Positions 1-7,707 of a stretch of 64,000 nt of DNA are shown here, piece after piece. This DNA is from an uncultured Myxococcota bacterium (GTDB lineage Bacteria; Desulfobacterota; Desulfobulbia; Desulfobulbales; Desulfocapsaceae). The first letter of the stretch is position 1. Each line of letters starts with the position of its first letter. The stretch spans positions 1,648 to 65,647 of the forward strand of contig CAXMTO010000242.1 in NCBI GenBank assembly GCA_964196355.1, given 5' to 3'. The notes under the pieces are model-generated. The model was given only the letters and a program-made list of their open reading frames with translations, searched no databases and had not been told where the DNA came from. The position numbers were made by a program, and so were the translations under genes.

Positions 1-342
1 AAAGAAGTTATCTACGTCTTCACCCTCAAGTATTCCAGTCTCTTTTGATTCTATAGAGGCAATAAGAAACTTCTTTAATAATTTTCTCCCATCACTTGCT
101 TCTTGGTCTGCTAGCTCAATTGCATCATGCGTGTCTTTCATAGTATAATCCGTATTTTCTAGCTCAACCCATAAGTGCTTGGCTGCCCTTAATGCTACTG
201 AATAGTCACGAGTGTTCAATGAACGCTTGATCTCATTTCTCGTGGTATTATATTGCTTTTTGATAGAAAGTGGAATACGAACACGGCAGTAAAATATACC
301 ATGTCTGGACTTGAGTAAATAGGTTGGATTTAGAGGGCTCAT
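1..342 (-). CDS. N-terminal part of a probable tyrosine integrase (DUF6538-like N-terminal domain); runs off the left edge
   Basis: Manual translation from ATG at 342: MSPLNPTYLLKSRHGIFYCRVRIPLSIKKQYNTTRNEIKRSLNTRDYSVALRAAKHLW..., open to base 1. The YL.K.RHG.FY.R.RIP...EI.RSL.T.D...A pattern is typical of DUF6538 integrase N-termini. Lies just beyond a tRNA 3' end. Catalytic domain not visible. Confidence 0.7.
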   Translation of the reverse strand, partial: MSPLNPTYLLKSRHGIFYCRVRIPLSIKKQYNTTRNEIKRSLNTRDYSVALRAAKHLWVELENTDYTMKDTHDAIELADQEASDGRKLLKKFLIASIESKETGILEGEDVDNFF

Positions 343-350
343 AGTAGAAG

Positions 351-373
351 TGTGTCTCACATTTGTGTACCAC
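351..373. repeat. Short direct repeat, candidate integrase arm-type binding sites
   Basis: TGTGTCTCAC (351-360) and TGTGTACCAC (364-373) between the tRNA 3' end and the integrase start. Confidence 0.35.
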
Positions 374-438
374 CTCTACGAACAAACAAAAAAAGGTTTT
401 TTCAAGTATTTGAAAACACCTGAAAAAACCCCTGAAAT

Positions 439-525
439 TGGTGCCGAAGGGGAGACTCGAACTCCCACGAGGATACCCCCACTAGACCCTGAACCTAGCG
501 CGTCTACCAATTCCGCCACTTCGGC
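439..525 (-). tRNA. tRNA-Leu(CAG)
   Basis: Reverse complement GCCGAAGTGGCGGAATTGGTAGACGCGCTAGGTTCAGGGTCTAG...GTTCGAGTCTCCCCTTCGGCACCA; anticodon CAG, long variable arm, encoded CCA. Confidence 0.97.
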
Positions 526-536
526 AAGTGCGGTAG

Positions 537-565
537 AATATGAACCCTGAGCAGGATTTTGTCAA
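537..565 (-). promoter_or_regulatory. Probable sigma70 promoter of tRNA-Leu
   Basis: Minus strand TTGACA-17 bp-CATATT, about 11 bp upstream of the tRNA. Confidence 0.5.
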
Positions 566-611
566 GACTTTCTTGCTTTATTAAAGTAAAAAACTGAACT
601 TTGTTGTGTCT

Positions 612-1583
612 ATGAAGATTTACAGAAAAATTAATGAAATCAGAGAACCCTTTTTAAATGCATGTGTGACTATTGGAAATTTTGACGGGGTTCATTGCGG
701 TCATCAACAGCTGTTTGCCAGGGTCGTGGAAAAAGCCCAAAAAAGAGGAGGGACGAGTGTTGCCATAACGTTTGATCCACATCCGCTTCAAATTCTGTTA
801 CCTGGCGGGATTAAACTTATCTCGACCTGTGAACAAAAAATTGAACTCATTGAGATGGCTGGCATTGATGTCTTGCTGATAATTCCTTTTACTCAAGAAT
901 ATGCGAAGACTACGGCTGAACACTTTGTTGCTGATCTGCTTGTTAAAAGAATTGGTGTTCAGGAGTTGGTCGTTGGCTATGATTATGCTTTTGGTAAGGG
1001 AAGGAGCGGGAATATTGACTTTCTCAAAGAGCAGGGGAAGATCTTCGCTTTTCCCGTCGCAGTGGTTGAAGCGCATTACGAGAGAGATGAACTCGTTAGT
1101 TCATCAAGAATACGTCGGCTTGTGTCGGAGGGGAAAATGGTTGACACCAGATCTCTTCTGGGAAGACCCTATCAAATTCGTGGAACTGTCCAGGTTGGTA
1201 AACAGCGCGGCGGTAAAGAGATCGGTTTCCCCACGGCCAACCTGAGGCTTGATGAGGAGGACCTCGTCCCAAAGCACGGGGTTTATGTGACGCAGGTTAT
1301 CTGCGACGGCAAGTGCTTTGGGGGGATATTGAATATCGGATATAACCCGACATTTGATGACGAGCAACTGGTCGCGGAGACGCACATTTTTGATTTTAAC
1401 AGGGATATATACGGAAGACCAATAAAAGTAAACCTCCTTAAATTTTTAAGAAGTGAACACAAATTTCCAGGAGCGAAAGAATTGTCTGAGCAGATAGTAA
1501 AGGATGTGGTGAAGGCCAAAGAGGTTTTGGCTATGCAGCAGAAGGAACTAGCGATGTCGTGGACGGAGCAACGTACTCAGTAG
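612..1583 (+). CDS. ribF: Bifunctional riboflavin kinase/FAD synthetase
   Basis: TIGNFDGVHCGHQ, VGYDYAFGKGR, GFPTANL, NIGYNPTF motifs. Confidence 0.95.
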   Translation: MKIYRKINEIREPFLNACVTIGNFDGVHCGHQQLFARVVEKAQKRGGTSVAITFDPHPLQILLPGGIKLISTCEQKIELIEMAGIDVLLIIPFTQEYAKTTAEHFVADLLVKRIGVQELVVGYDYAFGKGRSGNIDFLKEQGKIFAFPVAVVEAHYERDELVSSSRIRRLVSEGKMVDTRSLLGRPYQIRGTVQVGKQRGGKEIGFPTANLRLDEEDLVPKHGVYVTQVICDGKCFGGILNIGYNPTFDDEQLVAETHIFDFNRDIYGRPIKVNLLKFLRSEHKFPGAKELSEQIVKDVVKAKEVLAMQQKELAMSWTEQRTQ

Positions 1584-1668
1584 CTGTTTTTTTTAAAATG
1601 TGGTTTTCTCAAACCTGCCAAACGCTATGGCTCTCCAAAATCATACATTAGGGAGTTGCTTTTTCTTC

Positions 1669-1696
1669 TTGCAAGTGGGGGGAAGGTGTCTATATT
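1669..1696 (+). promoter_or_regulatory. Possible sigma70 promoter for the TPR gene cluster
   Basis: TTGCAA-16 bp-TATATT in the spacer after ribF. Confidence 0.3.
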
Positions 1697-1830
1697 GTAG
1701 GCGCTCTAAGTATGTCTGATATGTTCAATTATAAAGGGCTTTGTGCCTGGTAATAATAGTATTCTCCTGGCTGAAATAAATGATCGGGAGCGGTTGTTAA
1801 AAGATGCAGTGAAACAAACAGAGGGAAGTT

Positions 1831-2469
1831 ATGGCTGAACAGTTGCAGGAAGATTTATCGAAGGTAATTGAAGAACTGGAAAAAAAATGTAAGGAACACC
1901 CCAATTCTGTGATGGCTTTTCATCATCTGGGCCTTGTTTACATGAAAGCGAGTCGAGTTGAAGACGCAATCAAAGTTTTGAAAAAAGCTATTGAAATTGA
2001 CGAGCTGAGCAGTGAAAGTATGATTAATCTCGGGGCAATATATTTTGGGCAGGGAAATCTGGACGAGTCTCAGGAATTAAATGAGAAAGCTATCGCAGTT
2101 CAGCCTGAAAGCGCTCAGGCATATGCCAATTTAGGTTTAATATGGCAGCAGCGGAATGAACTCGAAAAGGCTATATCCTCCTATGAAAAAGCAATCCAGC
2201 ATGACCCCAAACTGGCGAATGCCTGGATGAATTTGACCTCGGTTCTTACCATGAAAGGTGAGGACGATCGCGCAGTAACCGCCGCCAGAAAGGGACTTGA
2301 ATGTGATCCTGATTCTCCGCTCGGCCATAACAACCTTGCAGTGGCGCTGTATTTTAGCGAACAATTTTCGGAGGCGAAGAAACACCTGGATAAGGCTAGG
2401 GAACTCGGATATTCGGTAGATCCTAATTTTGCTGCCAGCCTTCAGGAAAAAATGGTTGTGGTGAAGTAG
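1831..2469 (+). CDS. Tetratricopeptide repeat protein
   Basis: Repeated TPR consensus (AFHHLGLVY, SMINLGAIY, AYANLGLIW, AWMNL, GHNNLAVALY); SD gaggg. Confidence 0.88.
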   Translation: MAEQLQEDLSKVIEELEKKCKEHPNSVMAFHHLGLVYMKASRVEDAIKVLKKAIEIDELSSESMINLGAIYFGQGNLDESQELNEKAIAVQPESAQAYANLGLIWQQRNELEKAISSYEKAIQHDPKLANAWMNLTSVLTMKGEDDRAVTAARKGLECDPDSPLGHNNLAVALYFSEQFSEAKKHLDKARELGYSVDPNFAASLQEKMVVVK

Positions 2470-2475
2470 TTTCTT

Positions 2476-3600
2476 ATGGCAAAGAAAACAATAACAACGC
2501 CGCCGTGGTGCCCATTTTGCGGGCAGAAGGTGGGCAGGGCGAGCGATGCCCCTGAAAGGAAAATGCATGAGTTCCCAGTCGGCAACTGCCAATGTGGAGC
2601 TGTATATACCTGTGACGCAACTGGTCATAATGTCGGAGCTGCAATAGTCGAAACCCTGGTGTATGCCTGTGATGGCAATGCAGAATTTGCCTGGGATTTG
2701 ATGCCTGAAGACGACTACCTGACCGGGCGAATAGAAAACTATGATGAACAGGCGCACCAAGTGGTTGCTAAGAAAAACCTTGATGGGCGTGCAGTGCGGG
2801 GGGTTCTTTATTTTATCCGACTGCATACCGATATTTCCACCATTGCTAAAAGGACAGCTCAGAAAACCGATACAGTAGCAACACGATCAATACCATCGGA
2901 ACAGGAACAGAACAGTTTTGTTGTCGAGCCGGCAGCGGACAAAAACCGGGTGAAAAAGAAGGCCACTAAATCCGGGGTGAAAATTCTGGTGAGCAAAGGC
3001 GATATAGACGGTCTTGTCGGACTCTGCTTCGATGATAAGAAGACCCTGCGATTAATGCAGCGACTCCTGTATGATCCGCTGGAGAGTAATCGCTGGTATG
3101 TGGCCTGGGCTATAGGACAGGTTTGTGCCAGAGTTTCTACCCGTGAGCCCGGGCAGGTGTCAGAATTGTTGCATCGCATGTTTGAGGCGTGTTCTGATTC
3201 AGCTGCGACACCGTGGGGAATGATAGAAACAATAGGATGTGTCATTTCCAGGCGGCCGGACATTTTTGGTGCATTTGCCAGACACCTCCTCAATTATCTC
3301 GGAGACTCTTCGACCCGTTCTCAGGTATTGTGGGCGTTGGCAGAGATTGCCGAGAGTCGCCCGGATCTGGTCAGAAATATGCCGTTTTTTACCCTGTTTG
3401 ACTTTCTGCAAGATGCTGAGCCTCAGGTGCGCGGGAATACGGCTCGCCTTCTGGGACGTATCAAGGCGACTGAGGCGGCGATTCAACTCATGGGGTTGAA
3501 CGGCGATGTGGAGGAATTCTCTCTTTATACTGAGGGAGAGCTGGTCACCTCAACGGTTGCAGCCGAAGCATCAACAGCAATACGAGCTATCAGGGGATGA
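2476..3600 (+). CDS. HEAT-repeat protein with N-terminal Cys cluster (resembles DVU0298-type sulfate-reducer proteins)
   Basis: N-terminal WCPFC...CQCGAVYTCD; C-terminal HEAT-like units (RSQVLWALAEI, DAEPQVRGNTARLLGRI). Family name is from recall only. Confidence 0.7.
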   Translation: MAKKTITTPPWCPFCGQKVGRASDAPERKMHEFPVGNCQCGAVYTCDATGHNVGAAIVETLVYACDGNAEFAWDLMPEDDYLTGRIENYDEQAHQVVAKKNLDGRAVRGVLYFIRLHTDISTIAKRTAQKTDTVATRSIPSEQEQNSFVVEPAADKNRVKKKATKSGVKILVSKGDIDGLVGLCFDDKKTLRLMQRLLYDPLESNRWYVAWAIGQVCARVSTREPGQVSELLHRMFEACSDSAATPWGMIETIGCVISRRPDIFGAFARHLLNYLGDSSTRSQVLWALAEIAESRPDLVRNMPFFTLFDFLQDAEPQVRGNTARLLGRIKATEAAIQLMGLNGDVEEFSLYTEGELVTSTVAAEASTAIRAIRG

Positions 3601-3660
3601 AAGGTACCGTTTTGATGAAAAATCCTTGTCCAAGGTTATAGAGTTATGGAGGAAGTGACA

Positions 3661-4263
3661 ATGAGCAGTAAACTTCAGGATATCAATTCGATATCTCCCG
3701 CAGTTGACAATGTAAAACAAACGGAGGCGTCCGACCCTGTACAGGCGGAATTTGAAGAGGGGAAACGGTTCCTAGAAAATAATGAGACTGGACAGGCTGC
3801 TGTTGCCCTGCATAATGCTCTTCTTGGTTTTGAAGAGAGAGAAGACCAAAGCGGCATTGCAAACGCCTGTAACCAACTCGGTCTTGTCTGTCTTGCCAGA
3901 AATGAGAACGAGAAGGCATTGGTGCACTTCAAAAGAGTATATGATATCTGCGATTCATCCAATGACCGGATGAGTCTTTTAGCTGTCTCAAAACAATGTG
4001 TCATTGCTTACAGAGGTCTGCGGAAGTATAATGAGGCCGTTGAAAAATGTCTTGATATGCTTGATTGGTATCAGGATAACCGGGATCCCCAGGGGGCAGT
4101 TGCTACGCTCGAATTAATGGCAGAAATATATACTGACGCGGGGAGTAATGCCAAGGCGGCAGACGCTTACCGAACAGCCGCCTCTATCCATAAAAACTTT
4201 AGTCACGACACTCTTGCCCAGAAAATGCTAGAAAAAGCGGAAAATTTGGAAAACGATTCCTGA
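3661..4263 (+). CDS. TPR-like helical repeat protein
   Basis: IANACNQLGLVCL, GAVATLELMAEIY, AADAYRTAASIH; SD ggagg 8 bp before ATG 3661. Confidence 0.75.
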   Translation: MSSKLQDINSISPAVDNVKQTEASDPVQAEFEEGKRFLENNETGQAAVALHNALLGFEEREDQSGIANACNQLGLVCLARNENEKALVHFKRVYDICDSSNDRMSLLAVSKQCVIAYRGLRKYNEAVEKCLDMLDWYQDNRDPQGAVATLELMAEIYTDAGSNAKAADAYRTAASIHKNFSHDTLAQKMLEKAENLENDS

Positions 4264-4282
4264 TCGTATGGAGTAGCTTGCA

Positions 4283-4942
4283 ATGTTTACAGGGATTATT
4301 GAAGGAGTCGGCAGACTTGTTGTAAAGAGAACAGTCGGCGGCGGGTTGGCTTTTGATATTGAGGCTGATTTTGATCTAGACGAGCCAAAAGAGGGGGAGT
4401 CTATCGCTGTAAGTGGAGTCTGCCTAACTGCCTATAACATAAGAGGCCGACGGTTTAGTGCTGACGTATCTCCGGAAACGCTGTCACGCACTCGTCTTGG
4501 TTCTCTTCGGCAGGGCAACTTTGTTAATCTTGAAAGGGCCTTGAGGTTGTCAGATCGCCTTGGCGGACATCTCGTCTCTGGTCATGTTGACGCTATGGCG
4601 ATTGTCAAAGATCGGCAGGAACTCGGCGATTATACGCTGTTTTCCTTTTCAGTGCCGGAGCTCTTCGATCGCTATGTGATAGAGAAAGGTTCAATAACTG
4701 TTGACGGGGTGAGTTTGACGGTAAATAGTTGTGGAAGTGGATTTTTTTCAGTATCTGTAATTCCACATACACTCAATGTGACTACTCTGCGTGAATTGAA
4801 GGCAGGATATAAAGTAAATATAGAAGTAGATATACTTGGCAAGTATATCGAAAAATTGCTAGTAACTCCACAGCGGGTCGGTGAGTCGGCCAGTGATGGA
4901 AACATTAATTCTGAATTTCTTGCAAAGCATGGGTTTTTGTAG
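4283..4942 (+). CDS. ribE: Riboflavin synthase alpha chain
   Basis: MFTGIIE start, VNLERAL..RLGGHLVSGHVD, KGSITVDGVSLTVN, VNIEVD. Confidence 0.96.
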   Translation: MFTGIIEGVGRLVVKRTVGGGLAFDIEADFDLDEPKEGESIAVSGVCLTAYNIRGRRFSADVSPETLSRTRLGSLRQGNFVNLERALRLSDRLGGHLVSGHVDAMAIVKDRQELGDYTLFSFSVPELFDRYVIEKGSITVDGVSLTVNSCGSGFFSVSVIPHTLNVTTLRELKAGYKVNIEVDILGKYIEKLLVTPQRVGESASDGNINSEFLAKHGFL

Positions 4943-4996
4943 AAGAACACGATAATTAATCCTGGTCCGGTAAATAAGAATAGCCGGGACTCGGTC

Positions 4997-5108
4997 CAGT
5001 CCCCCTTCGGGGGTTATAGAAGGTAAAAAGTTAATTCTAAGTTCCTAATTTCAATGCACTCTCCAGATTTCTTGTTTTTATGACAGGTTTTCAGGAGTAA
5101 GGCACTAA
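4997..5108 (-). mobile_element. Diverged copy of the TTAG-bounded element (family A, copy 0)
   Basis: 5068-5108 reverse complement TTAGTGCCTTACTCCTGAAAACCTGTCATAAAAACAAGAAA matches the family A left end; middle diverged; CCCCC-GAA-GGGGG hairpin at 5001-5013; left boundary approximate. Confidence 0.65.
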
Positions 5109-5130
5109 AACAGTTAAAAGTGTGAATATC

Positions 5131-6342
5131 ATGGCAGTCAGTCCGATTGAAGAGGTTATTGAAGATATAAAAGCGGGAAAGATGGTCATTCTTGTTGATG
5201 ACGAAGATCGGGAGAATGAAGGCGACCTCTATATGGCGACCGAAGGTGTGGATGCCGCTGCAATAAATTTCATGGCTACGCATGGAAGAGGGCTTATATG
5301 TCTTACCCTGAGCAGTGAACTTGTTGAGAAGCTGGAACTGCCGATGATGGTGAGTAATAATAAATCGCCCTACGGTACAGGCTTTACTGTCAGCATTGAG
5401 GCAAAGACAGGCGTCTCCACCGGGATTTCTGCAGCTGACCGGGCGCGCACCATTAAGGCGGCGGTCGCGCCGGATGCAAAAGCTGGAGATGTCATCAGTC
5501 CTGGCCATATATTTCCTTTGAAAGCACGCGATGGCGGCGTACTCGTCAGAGCCGGGCAGACGGAGGGGTCTGTCGATCTCTCCAGGTTGGCCGGTTTAGC
5601 TCCTGCGGGAGTCATTTGTGAGATTATGAATGCTGACGGAACTATGGCACGTATGCCTGATCTCGAAAAAGTTGCAGAAAAACATGATCTTAAAATCGCA
5701 ACAATTGCAGATCTTGTCGCTTACAGGCTTCGTGAAGATGTGTTGGTTCAAAGAGCAGCGGAGGCAAGAGTTCCTACTGAGACTTCCGGTGTTTTCAAGG
5801 CGGTAGTATATACAAATTCTGTTGACAGTCATGAGCATATAGCTCTTGTCAAGGGAGACATAACTCAGGTTGAGCGCGTATTGGTCCGTGTGCATTCGGA
5901 ATGTCTTACTGGCGATGTGTTCGGTTCATCCAGATGCGATTGCGGTTCACAGCTGAAAGCCGCAATGAAAATGATCGATCAGGAAGGTGCCGGTATTGTA
6001 CTTTACATGCGCCAGGAAGGCCGGGGAATCGGACTCGTGAATAAGCTGAAGGCCTACTGTCTCCAGGATGAGGAGGGGATGGATACCGTAGAGGCAAACC
6101 AGAAACTTGGATTTAAGAGTGATCTCAGGGATTACGGTATAGGGGCGCAAATCCTGCGTGATCTGGGGGTTAAGAAGATGGCGATTCTGACTAATAACCC
6201 AAAAAAGATTATTGGACTTGAAGGGTATGGTCTTGAAGTTGTAGCGCGTTTCCCTCTGGAAATGGAGGCAGGTGAAGAAAATAAGGAATATCTGGTCTGT
6301 AAACGTGATCGGATGGGACATCTTATAGAGGTTGAGGATTAG
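5131..6342 (+). CDS. ribBA: Bifunctional DHBP synthase / GTP cyclohydrolase II
   Basis: [53 protein letters not shown]; alternative GTG start at 5122. Confidence 0.96.
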   Translation: MAVSPIEEVIEDIKAGKMVILVDDEDRENEGDLYMATEGVDAAAINFMATHGRGLICLTLSSELVEKLELPMMVSNNKSPYGTGFTVSIEAKTGVSTGISAADRARTIKAAVAPDAKAGDVISPGHIFPLKARDGGVLVRAGQTEGSVDLSRLAGLAPAGVICEIMNADGTMARMPDLEKVAEKHDLKIATIADLVAYRLREDVLVQRAAEARVPTETSGVFKAVVYTNSVDSHEHIALVKGDITQVERVLVRVHSECLTGDVFGSSRCDCGSQLKAAMKMIDQEGAGIVLYMRQEGRGIGLVNKLKAYCLQDEEGMDTVEANQKLGFKSDLRDYGIGAQILRDLGVKKMAILTNNPKKIIGLEGYGLEVVARFPLEMEAGEENKEYLVCKRDRMGHLIEVED

Positions 6343-6453
6343 TACCTTACTCCAGAAACCCTGCAATAAAAAGCAAGAAACTGAGGAATGTATGTTGAAA
6401 TTATGTTGTTACATATACCACCAAGGTACTTATACCCCCTTGTGGGGTGTTAG
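6339..6453 (+). mobile_element. 115-bp TTAG-bounded repeat element (family A, copy 1)
   Basis: TTAG-TACCTTACTCCAGAAA...CAAGAAACTGAGGAATG...CCAAGGTACTTATACCCCCTTGTGGGGTG-TTAG; colinear with copies at 20028, 20588, 50199 and 56704. Confidence 0.9.
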
Positions 6454-6493
6454 TGTCTTAGCGGAAATTTCAAATTGAGTACAGGTGAAATAA

Positions 6494-6961
6494 ATGGCTA
6501 ACATTATCGAAGGAAATCTCAGGGCGGATGGAAAAAAGTTCGCAATAATTGTGGCACGGTATAACTCATTTATAAGTGAGAAACTGCTCGAGGGTGCGCT
6601 TGACAGTCTGATTCGTTCGGGAGCTCTCGATTCAGATATTGATGTTGTGCGCGTACCCGGCGCTTTCGAGATCCCACTGATTGCCAAGAGGCTTGCGGGT
6701 TCCCAGAAGTACGATGCTGTGATTGTTTTGGGTGTCGTCATAAGAGGTGCCACTCCGCATTTCGATGTAGTTGTAAGCGAGGTATCCAAAGGGACAGCCC
6801 AGGTTGGCCTTGATACGGGTGTTCCTGTTCTTTTTGGGGTGTTGACTACAGAAACCATTGAGCAGGCCATTGAAAGAAGCGGAACCAAAGCGGGTAATAA
6901 GGGTGCAGAAGTTGCCGTGGCTGCAATAGAAATGGCAAATCTGGTGGAACGTCTGGTCTGA
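6494..6961 (+). CDS. ribH: 6,7-dimethyl-8-ribityllumazine synthase
   Basis: [44 protein letters not shown]. Confidence 0.97.
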   Translation: MANIIEGNLRADGKKFAIIVARYNSFISEKLLEGALDSLIRSGALDSDIDVVRVPGAFEIPLIAKRLAGSQKYDAVIVLGVVIRGATPHFDVVVSEVSKGTAQVGLDTGVPVLFGVLTTETIEQAIERSGTKAGNKGAEVAVAAIEMANLVERLV

Positions 6962-7025
6962 GCTGGTAACTTATCAGCCAAAACGGATAATAGATATATG
7001 TATTTAACATTGTTGACATTTTAAC

Positions 7026-7454
7026 ATGGGAACACGCCGTAAATCGAGAGAAGCTGCCCTGCAGTTTCTCTATCAGAATGATTTTGTCAAAGTTGCAGAT
7101 ATCAGTGATGATCTGGGGCTGGCCGAGTCTTTTCATCTTTTTTGTTCATTGTATCAGGTTAATAAGAAGGCACGCCCCTATGCCTTAGGCTTGATTCAGG
7201 GTGTGCTCGCCGAGATCGAAAAAATCGATGAGTTGATCAGCTCTGCAGGAAGTCATTGGCGCCTGTCGCGTATTGCACCGACGGACAGGAACCTGCTGCG
7301 TATCGCTGTATTTGAAATGACCCTGATGGAGGATGTGCCTCCCCAGGTCGCTATCAATGAGGCTGTGGAAATTGCCAAACGGTTTGCCGGAGATGACTCT
7401 CCAGGTTTTATCAATGGAGTACTTGATGCCGTAAGAAGTAACATCTCCCAGTAG
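7026..7454 (+). CDS. nusB: Transcription antitermination factor NusB
   Basis: RRKSREAALQFLYQ, DRNLLRIAVFE, VAINEAVEIAKRF, FINGVLD; follows ribH. Confidence 0.95.
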   Translation: MGTRRKSREAALQFLYQNDFVKVADISDDLGLAESFHLFCSLYQVNKKARPYALGLIQGVLAEIEKIDELISSAGSHWRLSRIAPTDRNLLRIAVFEMTLMEDVPPQVAINEAVEIAKRFAGDDSPGFINGVLDAVRSNISQ

Positions 7455-7460
7455 CCCCCC

Positions 7461-7603
7461 TGGGAGCCTGTCCGAGAATACCCTTTTCCCCAACTCTTCG
7501 TTATTTATAAAAAACAATGCTCGCAATATCAACTATATGGTTGCGCTTGTTTTTCATAAATGCCTCGATTTGAGAAAAATGTCTATTCTCGGACAAGCTC
7601 CCA
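7461..7603. mobile_element. MITE with 20-bp terminal inverted repeats (family B, copy 1)
   Basis: TGGGAGCCTGTCCGAGAATA ... TATTCTCGGACAAGCTCCCA (19/20 inverted match); the whole element is the reverse complement of 43644-43790. Confidence 0.88.
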
Positions 7604-7707
7604 ACCATACACTCTTGGTGTGTCTTGCATTTATTTTGAATTCCGAGTACATCTTTGTGCGGAAATTCACCCTTTAAGTAAAGCAAATACACGGAAATTA
7701 GAGGCGC

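Noticed and set aside
350-550. 66-aa plus-strand ORF
   Set aside because: Antisense to tRNA-Leu; the peptide is just the translated tRNA complement.
1584-5130. FMN riboswitch upstream of rib genes
   Set aside because: No AGGGCGGGGTGAAATTCCCGACCGGCGG-like core is visible in any of the spacers.
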